53,141 nucleotides of DNA, taken from the NCBI GenBank assembly GCA_937899865.1, contig CALBRH010000028.1:1-53141 (forward strand), in the 5' to 3' direction. Shown in pieces: positions 1 through 8,608 of this stretch (position 1 is the stretch's first letter; every line of letters starts with the position of its first letter). Made by a program: the position numbers and the translations under genes. The notes under the pieces were generated by a model that was given only the letters and a program-made list of their open reading frames with translations, did not search any database and was not told where the DNA came from. The stretch is from an uncultured euryarchaeote (GTDB taxonomy: Archaea > Thermoplasmatota > Poseidoniia > Poseidoniales > Poseidoniaceae).

Positions 1-1
1 C

Positions 2-952
2 TGTGTGGACTGTGAAACTGATGACAACAATTGTGGTGCATGCGGAAATGTTTGTGGAGAAGGCTGGACCTGTGATGATGGGGACTGTATTCCACAATAT
101 TTCCAACCTGAAACCAGAGATGAACTGAAGACTGCAGTAGATGAGTGGATCGCTAATTCAACTGAAGCAAATTCAACCTATGGCAACATCAGCACTTGGG
201 ATACATCATTAATTACAGATATGTCTGAATTATTCTACTACAACGAGACATTTAACGATGATATTTCACAATGGGATGTTTCGAGTGTAACGACCACGGA
301 AAAAATGTTCAAATTTGCACAAAGCTTCAATCGGGATCTCTCAGGATGGGATGTTTCAAATGTGGTTTACATGAATGAGATGTTTTACTACGCTACCAAT
401 TTTAATCAAGATATTGGATATTGGGATGTTTCAAGTGTAACAGATATGGAAGGGATGTTCTTTGCTGCTACCGATTTTAATCAAGACTTAGTAAGCTGGG
501 ATGTTTCTAAAGTGACTGATACCAACGGAATGTTTTTTTCAGCAACAAGTTTTAACGGTGATATTTCACATTGGGATACCTCTAATGTAACTAAGTTAAA
601 TTCAATGTTTCGTGGTGCTTCCAGTTTCAACCAAGATATTTCAGGATGGGATGTTTCAGGTGTGAATGATTGGTACGGTATGAATTCAATGTTCTATGGT
701 GCTGAAAGCTTTAACCAAGATATTTCAAGTTGGGATGTTTCAAATGTGAATAACATGTATGCAATGTTCTACGATGCTAAGAGCTTCAATCAAGATTTAT
801 CAAATTGGGATGTTTCAGGATCAACTAATTTGAATGCCATGTTTGATGGTGCAGATGATTTATCTGATGAGAATAAATGTGTAATTCATAACTCATTCAG
901 TTTGAGTGATTATTGGAATTATGATTGGGCTGAATATTGTAGTGATGACTGA
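2..952 (+). CDS. BspA/DUF285-type repeat surface protein with an N-terminal Cys-rich repeat; 5'-truncated by the window edge
   Basis: About 8 copies of FNxDISxWDVSxVxxMxxMF, preceded by LKTAVDEW...ISTWDTS, typical of DUF285 proteins. Begins CVDCETDDNNCGACGNVC, and the frame is open back to base 2. Confidence 0.85.
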   Translation, partial: CVDCETDDNNCGACGNVCGEGWTCDDGDCIPQYFQPETRDELKTAVDEWIANSTEANSTYGNISTWDTSLITDMSELFYYNETFNDDISQWDVSSVTTTEKMFKFAQSFNRDLSGWDVSNVVYMNEMFYYATNFNQDIGYWDVSSVTDMEGMFFAATDFNQDLVSWDVSKVTDTNGMFFSATSFNGDISHWDTSNVTKLNSMFRGASSFNQDISGWDVSGVNDWYGMNSMFYGAESFNQDISSWDVSNVNNMYAMFYDAKSFNQDLSNWDVSGSTNLNAMFDGADDLSDENKCVIHNSFSLSDYWNYDWAEYCSDD

Positions 953-1055
953 AATCTACTGATTCATCTAGGTGACATCATATTAGATTCACAAATAAAT
1001 GGTTTACTTATGATCACGAGGGGTTATGCTAAACCCCCTTGTACAAAATTAGCCT

Positions 1056-1088
1056 GTTGACAAGGGTTCTCAGTGGGCCCTTTACAAC
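1056..1088 (+). terminator. Imperfect 14-bp hairpin between convergent genes; possible terminator or processing site
   Basis: GTTGACAAGGGTTC-TCAGT-GGGCCCTTTACAAC pairs at 12 of 14 positions including 2 G-U, in the gap between convergent genes. Confidence 0.3.
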
Positions 1089-1106
1089 GCTACCCTCTGT
1101 ATCAAC

Positions 1107-4100
1107 TTATGACCACTTGTCATCGCCATCGGTGTCATTTCTACTGACTCTAATGAAGGCAACAATCAGCATGAAAACTACGGCAAGTACGGCGATTTGC
1201 AACGTAGTCGAAGAGATTTCTGAAGAGGTCTCGTCATTGTCGTCATTACTGTCTGGAGAGGTGGTGCCGCCGTTGTTATTGCCAGCATTGCCATTATTGG
1301 CTGAAGCGCCAACATCTACAGTGAACTCAATTGTTGAGGCATTGGAATTATCTGAAGCATCGGCACTTGTTACGACTAACGTGTAATCTCCATCAGAGAG
1401 AATTGCTGTGATGTGTTCGTGGTTTTTCTTAGTAGCAAAGTCGTCAGTGTGGATTACTGTACCATCAAGACTGATCGATTCTGTAGAACTTTCAGAGGTA
1501 TACCAAGAGATTCTTGCTCGTCCGTCTTCAAGTACTTCTACCGCCAAGTTGAGTAATTCTGGTGGCTCTTCATCAATTACTGTTGAAGTGGTGAAGTTAA
1601 CCATTTCTGAGGTAATATCGCCAATTGATACGACGCACTCGTATTCAGTTCCAGCAGTTAGTCCGGTTGCAGTTACCGTATTGGTCAACTCTTCACTGCT
1701 CCATGCTTGGTTGACTGCGGCTGTAGTCTCTCCCGCAACATTACAGGCTAAATCGCCAGATGCTGCCTGAGTTGTCGACCATTCTAAGATGGCGGAATCA
1801 GCAGTACTGCTGACATATTTGAAACCGTAAATTTGCTGTGCAATCGCTGGCATTTCAAAGCCAGTTATTTGTGCATAAACGTGTCCTGCAACATCGTAAG
1901 AAGATAGCATTGCTTGCTGTCCGTCGCCATCGAGAATGATATCGACAATGTTTGGATCGTAATCAATTCCATCATCATCTGCCGGGTCAGCACCGCCGCC
2001 AAGTCGCCAAGTCTTAGCTGTTGCATCAACATCACGCCACTTACCGGTACCAAAGCCGTCTTGGCTTCCAATTACAATGATATAGCGGTAATTAGAAACA
2101 TCGCTACCGATTACATCTTTGCTAACTGTGAAAGTGATGGTTTTGTCTTCAACACTACCAGTAACATCAATGCCTCTTGCAGAAGTACTTCCGGTCTCCG
2201 CCTGTACTGCTTGGACAGCTCCTGGCTCACCGGTTCCACTAATCGCGACCTCCCAAGCCCAATCTGGATGCACTTCGGCATTGGCACCGGTTAACATTTC
2301 TACCTCACCGTAAGACGTGTCGCCTTGATCGACATAGATCTGGACTATCTGATGGCTAAAGCCGTTGGCTAAGCCCCAAATATCGGTCATCTCATCCATT
2401 TCGATAATGAATTGGGCATTCCATGCGCTTTGACGAACTGTGACTTTCTTAGCGTCCCAAAGTCCGCCACCACTGTCTGTAGCAAAATCGCTAGCTAGTG
2501 GATAAGTGTAATCGCCATCGCCATTCTCATCACCAATGGCATCATCTAATTCAAGCAGAGTCACCCATTCTTCTAAGTCAGGTAGAACAAGTTCGGCCGG
2601 TGCTGGTGGTGCAACTTCCATATCTTCTCCATCACCATATGATAATGAACCAGCCCACGATGATACAACCTTGATTCGTGTGGTATATCTCGGTGCAAGA
2701 CCAATATCGGCCCAAGGAATTACGAATTCATAGACATCTTCAACCGCGCAACTGCCAAGTGAAGAAGTACTGGATAACACCCATTGTTCATTGTCACCAG
2801 ACTTGCCTTTAGCCTCAAACAGGTTCCACTTAGCACGTCCATCCTCTCTAACGGTATCAAAGTCAATTGCAACCATGTATTTGGCTGGGAAACCGAGGAT
2901 TTGATTGCCATAATAGGTGCGGAAGTTGGTCTCAACTTCATTGAAGTTGACCGCATTTGGCTGCATGAAGTAGATTGCCAAATCTGGCTCATCATATTGG
3001 GAGTTGCGTGAGATCGCCTCAAGTTCATCAGCGGTTACTGAATCAATACGCATGAAAATATTGCTTGAATCATAACCAACATAGAAATTTTCGATGTCGA
3101 AATCTCCACCATCAACTGATGCATCATACTTAGCTGCACCGTCCCATTCGCCGGGCAAGGCAATACCATCAATCATCGGCTCAATAATGCCGCCATAGGG
3201 TACAACTGGTGTTGCTGCGCCAGTCCACAAATCTTGCAGATAAGGTGGCAAATCAAGATTAATTGCACGATAGATGTTAGAGAGGTGAACCTTGAATAAA
3301 ACATCCCAGTTCTCGTCATAGCCACTATCTTGGTCAAGACCATACCACCAGAACCAATCACTACCTTCAGCGATGTACAATGACTCCCAGGCATTCGCAA
3401 GTCCGGGATGGCTTGGATTATCTTCTTCAAAGGAAACCAGTGCTTGTCGTGCTTCAACTAGTCTTTGCCATCCAAGGCTTTCTTCTGGCTCACCAGCCCA
3501 TGTGCGCAGAGTGCCGTCTATCCATGACCCTGTGCCGATGGTTTCAATTTCTGGCAGCTCTGGATCTGTTGCCAAAAATTCACTTGGAGTAGTAGTGACA
3601 ATAGTTGGGTGTGATGCAAGTCTTGAATACCATTCATGCATGAACGGGCGAGCATTGTCTTGGTGTTGGAATTCTGACATGAACATCCAGTTTTCACCAT
3701 CTAGTGCGACAGTAAGTAAGTGCTCTGATGGGTCTTCTCCAGCATCGAGTAATTCTTGTCTAATGTTGTCAAGATATGCAATGAAGTCGGAAACTGCTGC
3801 TTCTGGAGTCATTGTTCCATATTGGAATGCAATTCTATCTGAAATGACTCTGTCTCTAAACACCGTTGCGATTTCACCACCGTCTTCTCCAGTGACAATC
3901 CATGGCGTTGCTAAATTACTTGCGATATCGACATCAATGAAATTTCCATTAACATCGGTAGACTTCATTAGAATTTCTTCATCAGTGACCATCCACTGAA
4001 TTCCAACATCGGATACTGGTTCAACCATTGCGGGCGACACGGCTTCTTCGCTTGGCCACATTCCGGTTGGGCGGAATCCTAGTTTGTCTTCGAACAAATC

Positions 4101-5603
4101 CATTCCTGTAATCAAATGGTTTTGCACATCCTCGGGCCATGATTCCTTATTAACGCGAATACCATCTTCCATAGTCCAGCCATCCATCATTAGTAGTGGC
4201 ATAATTGGATGATAATATGGCGTAGTTGTCAATTCTACTTGACCTTGTGCGGCAAGTTGGCTGTACATTGGTAGTACATTTGCCATGTGAGCATGTTGCC
4301 TATCGATGACATACATCAAATCATCATGAGTATACTGGCCTGCCTGCATGAATAGATCAATCAAACCTTGATCACGGTGGCTCGCATCATATTCGCCTAA
4401 GACATAATCTGGAGAGAATTGGTAAAGGAACCATAGCACTTGAAGGTCAAGATAATCTTGTTCTGAAAGCAGAGTATCGCTCATGATCGTTGCAGGCTTT
4501 AGATTATGTAACGTCATGTCATAGAGTTCTGAGTAGCGGTTACTCGAAGGATATAGCCATGATTGAATGTGTCCAGTTTCAGAGACGTTGTAAATCCAGC
4601 CACTATTCCAGAAAGATTGGAATTGCATAGTGTGTAATTCCAAAGCGGTTGCGTTGGGGTAGCCGCCTTCGGGCCAAGGCCTCTTAGCCATATCTGTATG
4701 GTCATCTAGTGGTTCATTTTCATAATAATCAACTAATTGCTCGATAAATGAAGGTACGAGATTATAGGTAACTTTGGTGCCGGTTTGTGCAAGAATCCCG
4801 GGAGAATCTACATACTCCGTCATGGCGTGAACCCTTACCCAAGGCATTTCGTAAGTGTTGGTTAATTTATTCTTGTAATATGGTTGGTGTTGGTGGAAAA
4901 TTATCGCAAGGTTTAGTGCATCATCGACTTTTTCAACCCCTGCTGCTTCGAAAACAGGTAATGAGTTTGGCGATGTTGCATTATTGATATTGTCAATGTG
5001 ATAGAAATGTGTGAAGGTTTCTGCACCATTTGCACTACTCGGGTTATCCGTAGGGAATGAAGTCCACACATGTCCTTCGTCTTGCCATTGTGCATACAAC
5101 ATGAACTGAACGGTTGTCGGGCTACCAATAGCCGACCATGGTATCGCCATTTCAGTGACTGGGTTATCTGCCCAGCCGACATAGATCTGAGAAGTGTCTA
5201 GAGTTCCTTGATCGGCCCAAGAAGACCCATCATAAGAGAAATATTGATTGTAATATGAATCTTCAAGAGCAAGGCCGTAATCTGCAGCAAATGGTAGTGT
5301 GTGAGCAAAATTCCAATCTCTACTCAGTACTGAACCGCTCTCACTGGTATTGAAATAAACAAATAGATCAGCGCCGTTGGAAGTCGAAGCCCAATCTGTG
5401 CCAGTCCAAGCAACATAGAAATTGGTTGAATCCCAAGTTACGTGGAGTGAAACACCGTGACTATCGGTAGCTAATTCGGTATCAGTTGACCATTCAGATA
5501 AGTCGCCATCAACAGTGATTGTTTCGGGCGTTATTGCTGAAACAAATCCCATTCCGGCTTGTAAACAAAATAATAGCGTGATGAAGATGGCAGTAGTTCT
5601 CAT
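1107..5603 (-). CDS. apu: Secreted, C-terminally membrane-anchored GH57 amylopullulanase
   Basis: Signal peptide. GH57 motifs HQHQP, GMWPSEEAV (nucleophile E), VALDGENW (acid/base D) and AEGSDWFWW. Thermococcus-Apu-like C-terminal region (DAIGDENGDGDYTYP...GSQDGFG), FN3-like segments, N/S/D linker and a terminal TM helix. Confidence 0.9.
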   Translation of the reverse strand: MRTTAIFITLLFCLQAGMGFVSAITPETITVDGDLSEWSTDTELATDSHGVSLHVTWDSTNFYVAWTGTDWASTSNGADLFVYFNTSESGSVLSRDWNFAHTLPFAADYGLALEDSYYNQYFSYDGSSWADQGTLDTSQIYVGWADNPVTEMAIPWSAIGSPTTVQFMLYAQWQDEGHVWTSFPTDNPSSANGAETFTHFYHIDNINNATSPNSLPVFEAAGVEKVDDALNLAIIFHQHQPYYKNKLTNTYEMPWVRVHAMTEYVDSPGILAQTGTKVTYNLVPSFIEQLVDYYENEPLDDHTDMAKRPWPEGGYPNATALELHTMQFQSFWNSGWIYNVSETGHIQSWLYPSSNRYSELYDMTLHNLKPATIMSDTLLSEQDYLDLQVLWFLYQFSPDYVLGEYDASHRDQGLIDLFMQAGQYTHDDLMYVIDRQHAHMANVLPMYSQLAAQGQVELTTTPYYHPIMPLLMMDGWTMEDGIRVNKESWPEDVQNHLITGMDLFEDKLGFRPTGMWPSEEAVSPAMVEPVSDVGIQWMVTDEEILMKSTDVNGNFIDVDIASNLATPWIVTGEDGGEIATVFRDRVISDRIAFQYGTMTPEAAVSDFIAYLDNIRQELLDAGEDPSEHLLTVALDGENWMFMSEFQHQDNARPFMHEWYSRLASHPTIVTTTPSEFLATDPELPEIETIGTGSWIDGTLRTWAGEPEESLGWQRLVEARQALVSFEEDNPSHPGLANAWESLYIAEGSDWFWWYGLDQDSGYDENWDVLFKVHLSNIYRAINLDLPPYLQDLWTGAATPVVPYGGIIEPMIDGIALPGEWDGAAKYDASVDGGDFDIENFYVGYDSSNIFMRIDSVTADELEAISRNSQYDEPDLAIYFMQPNAVNFNEVETNFRTYYGNQILGFPAKYMVAIDFDTVREDGRAKWNLFEAKGKSGDNEQWVLSSTSSLGSCAVEDVYEFVIPWADIGLAPRYTTRIKVVSSWAGSLSYGDGEDMEVAPPAPAELVLPDLEEWVTLLELDDAIGDENGDGDYTYPLASDFATDSGGGLWDAKKVTVRQSAWNAQFIIEMDEMTDIWGLANGFSHQIVQIYVDQGDTSYGEVEMLTGANAEVHPDWAWEVAISGTGEPGAVQAVQAETGSTSARGIDVTGSVEDKTITFTVSKDVIGSDVSNYRYIIVIGSQDGFGTGKWRDVDATAKTWRLGGGADPADDDGIDYDPNIVDIILDGDGQQAMLSSYDVAGHVYAQITGFEMPAIAQQIYGFKYVSSTADSAILEWSTTQAASGDLACNVAGETTAAVNQAWSSEELTNTVTATGLTAGTEYECVVSIGDITSEMVNFTTSTVIDEEPPELLNLAVEVLEDGRARISWYTSESSTESISLDGTVIHTDDFATKKNHEHITAILSDGDYTLVVTSADASDNSNASTIEFTVDVGASANNGNAGNNNGGTTSPDSNDDNDETSSEISSTTLQIAVLAVVFMLIVAFIRVSRNDTDGDDKWS

Positions 5604-5656
5604 CAGTCTTGGCTGAATGTGATAACTTGAAAGGGTTTATTGTCAGCCGTATCTTC

Positions 5657-6901
5657 ATGGGAAAGGATATCGGTGTTCTATGTCACTTGACTTCCTTGCC
5701 TAATGGGAAAATATCGGATAGTAAGAAATTCTTACATTATCTCAAACAAAATAATTACTCGAAATGGCAATTTTTACCTTTAACCCCTCCAGATAAACAT
5801 AACTCTCCTTATGCTTCACCATCAGCTTTTGCTGGGCATTATGGAATTTGTTCCTCGGACGAGGTTGGTGACTTGACTGAAGAATCCTTTTGGTTAGATG
5901 ATTGGGCTTTATTTGCAACAATTACTGAACAATTCCCGGGTAAAAACTGGACAGAATGGCCACATGATTTACGCAATAGAGAGCCGGGGGCGTTGGCTAA
6001 ATGGCGCAACAAAATATCCCCAGAAATTACTCGCCAAGGAATCTTTCAACATGAATGGTTAACGATGAAGCAGCAAGCCAATGAAATGGGAATAGATTTG
6101 ATTGGAGATTTGCCGATATTCATTTCCCACCACTCCGCCGATGTTTGGGCTAATCCTGAATTGTTCCAATTAGATGACAAGGGTTTGCCGACAGTTGTTG
6201 CGGGAGTCCCCCCAGATTACTTTAGTGAAACTGGCCAGAAATGGAATACTGTATTGTATAACTGGGAAGAGCATGAAAAGACTGGTTGGCGTTGGTGGCG
6301 TCAACGAATGGCTCGTATGCTGAGGCTCTTTGACATAGTTAGAATCGACCATTTCAGAGGATTCCATTCTGCTTGGGCTGTTCCAAGAGATGCCGAAGAC
6401 GGCGTTATCGGTGTTTGGCAAGATGCACCAAAGGCGAAAATAATCAGTGAATTGGTTGATGTTGCTGGCGACGAAAAGAGAATTATCGCTGAGGATTTGG
6501 GTATTATTCCACAAGAGGTTGTGGATTTACGATTACAATTTAATTTGCGCGGCATGGCCATTCTTCAGTTTGGATTCGGAGAAGATGCCGATAAAAGCCC
6601 GCACCACCCAGACAACATTAGCGCTATGCAAGTAGTTTATACTGGAACTCACGATAATGATACAATTCTTGGTTGGTGGGCTTCAGCAGATCAGTTGACA
6701 AAGTCAAATGTTACTACTATTACTGGTGAAACTGATGATATTGCTGGCTCGATTATTGAATTAGCAAAGAACTGTGTCTCGCCACTTTGTATAATTCCAC
6801 TACAAGATATTTTGAGACTTGATTCTTCAGGCCGTATGAATGTTCCAGGTGTTGAAAAAGGAAATTGGCAATGGCGATTTGACTGGAATGAACTAAACTA
6901 A
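5657..6901 (+). CDS. malQ: 4-alpha-glucanotransferase (amylomaltase, GH77)
   Basis: GVLCHLTSLP, WQFLPL, SPYASPSAFAG, GDLPIF, QKW, RIDHFRGF, IAEDLG, YTGTHDNDT and MNVPG..GNWQWR. Start moved from TTG 5609 to ATG 5657. Confidence 0.95.
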   Translation: MGKDIGVLCHLTSLPNGKISDSKKFLHYLKQNNYSKWQFLPLTPPDKHNSPYASPSAFAGHYGICSSDEVGDLTEESFWLDDWALFATITEQFPGKNWTEWPHDLRNREPGALAKWRNKISPEITRQGIFQHEWLTMKQQANEMGIDLIGDLPIFISHHSADVWANPELFQLDDKGLPTVVAGVPPDYFSETGQKWNTVLYNWEEHEKTGWRWWRQRMARMLRLFDIVRIDHFRGFHSAWAVPRDAEDGVIGVWQDAPKAKIISELVDVAGDEKRIIAEDLGIIPQEVVDLRLQFNLRGMAILQFGFGEDADKSPHHPDNISAMQVVYTGTHDNDTILGWWASADQLTKSNVTTITGETDDIAGSIIELAKNCVSPLCIIPLQDILRLDSSGRMNVPGVEKGNWQWRFDWNELN

Positions 6902-6958
6902 TGATACTTATTCATTTAGGGTCATTATCATAACCCCCCTTAGTAACCGGTTGAAAGA

Positions 6959-8608
6959 ATGGGGCTTGTTGGGTACTTCACAGCAGAAATCGGATTATGG
7001 TCCGAATTACATACTTACTCTGGCGGATTAGGTGTTTTAGCGGGAGACCATGTCAAGTCTGCTGCTGATGCTGAAATCGATTTAATTGCGATAACTTTGC
7101 TATACCGAGAAGGATACGGTCGACAACATATCGATTCTGATGGTAATCAAACTGAAAGTTTCGGCGCAATTGATCCAGCCGACCATTTGATTGACACTGG
7201 GCTGGATTTGGCTTTACCTCTTGATGGTGGAACTTTATACTCGAGGATTTGGAAAGTTGAGGTGGTTGGAGTAACCGGGCACATCGTTCCTGTATACTTC
7301 CTTGATACACACCATCCTAAGAATTCTGAATATCATCAACGTCTTGGTGCTAGATTGTATGGTGGTAATGATGATGTCAGAATTAGACAAGAGTACTTGC
7401 TCGGGGTGGGCGGTGTTAGGTTATTGAACACTTTAAGAAAGGAATTCTCTGGATTACACCTCAATGAAGGACATTGTACCTTTGCGCTGTTAGAATTGCT
7501 CAAACAAGGATGGACTAGAGAAGACCTAAGCAAGAAAATTTTGTTCACGACTCACACTCCAGTTCCTGCAGGTCATGACCGCTTTGAATGGGACGATGTC
7601 AATGAAGTATTAGGTGACTTAATGCCTAAAGACGCTGTTGAATTAGTCAAATCGGTTGGCGACCCTGAAGATGGCGCTCGTTGCTCAATGTCCCATCTAG
7701 CAGTTGCTTTGGCTGAACAAGTCAATGCTGTCTCAAATCTAAACGCTCAGGTAGCATCGACCATGTTCGATAATTATCACATTCACCCGCTTACCAATGG
7801 AGTGCACCATATTACTTGGACTTCTCCAACAATGGCTGAATTATACGATGATAAATTGCCTGGTTGGAAACAAGACCCAACACAACTTGGTTATGCTGGA
7901 ACATTATCAGATGAAGATTTAATGGCGGCGAGAAGTAAAAATCGACGAATCTTTCGGGAATTGGTCAAAATTTCTACTGGTGTAGAGCTTGAAGAAAATC
8001 GATTGACGATTGGTTTTGCTCGACGTTTTGCTACCTACAAAAGAGCAAATTTGGTGTTCAAAGATTTAGCCCGGCTTAGTGAAATTGGTGGGGGTAAAAT
8101 TCAGTTTGTATTCTCCGGTAAAGCTCATCCAAGAGATGAGGGGGGTAAGCAACTAATCAGAGATATTTACGGTAGTGCTAAGCATTTAGAACAAGAAATA
8201 CCTGTGGCATTCCTAGAAAATTATGACATGGATACTGGGCTGGCAATTACCAGTGGTGTTGATATTTGGCTCAACAACCCAATTCGACCAATGGAAGCAT
8301 CTGGGACTTCGGGGATGAAAGCGGCAATGAATGGCGTGCCTAATTGCTCAATCTTAGATGGTTGGTGGCCTGAAGGATGTCAGCATGGTGTCAACGGTTG
8401 GGCTATTGGTGAATCAGAAGATGATAGAGATGACGATAGAGATGCTGAAAATATTTACTCTGTCCTTGAACATCAAGTTATCCCTACATGGGAAAAGGGT
8501 GGATCGGCTTGGGCCAACATTATGCGCTCAAGTATTGCAACCTCAGCGAGATTTACTGGCGCCAGAATGATTGCTGAATACAAGCGATTTTACGATGCTT
8601 TTGAATGA
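6959..8608 (+). CDS. glgP: Alpha-glucan (glycogen/maltodextrin) phosphorylase, GT35
   Basis: YSGGLGVLAGD, HLNEGH, FTTHTPVPAGHD, FARRFATYKRA, GKAHPRD and EASGTSGMKAAMNG (PLP lysine). Confidence 0.95.
   Translation: MGLVGYFTAEIGLWSELHTYSGGLGVLAGDHVKSAADAEIDLIAITLLYREGYGRQHIDSDGNQTESFGAIDPADHLIDTGLDLALPLDGGTLYSRIWKVEVVGVTGHIVPVYFLDTHHPKNSEYHQRLGARLYGGNDDVRIRQEYLLGVGGVRLLNTLRKEFSGLHLNEGHCTFALLELLKQGWTREDLSKKILFTTHTPVPAGHDRFEWDDVNEVLGDLMPKDAVELVKSVGDPEDGARCSMSHLAVALAEQVNAVSNLNAQVASTMFDNYHIHPLTNGVHHITWTSPTMAELYDDKLPGWKQDPTQLGYAGTLSDEDLMAARSKNRRIFRELVKISTGVELEENRLTIGFARRFATYKRANLVFKDLARLSEIGGGKIQFVFSGKAHPRDEGGKQLIRDIYGSAKHLEQEIPVAFLENYDMDTGLAITSGVDIWLNNPIRPMEASGTSGMKAAMNGVPNCSILDGWWPEGCQHGVNGWAIGESEDDRDDDRDAENIYSVLEHQVIPTWEKGGSAWANIMRSSIATSARFTGARMIAEYKRFYDAFE

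Noticed and set aside
180-850. Regularly spaced TGGGATGTTTC repeats that could suggest a CRISPR array
   Set aside because: They are the WDVS codons of in-frame DUF285 repeats; degenerate, and no cas genes are present.
1039-4987. Many + strand ORFs (e.g. 1039-1386, 1408-1770, 3373-3999)
   Set aside because: Antisense shadows of the GH57 gene; S/T/V-rich with no motifs.
5619-5624. GTGATA half-site of the Thermococcales glycolytic motif (TATCAC-N5-GTGATA) between apu and malQ
   Set aside because: The matching TATCAC half is absent.
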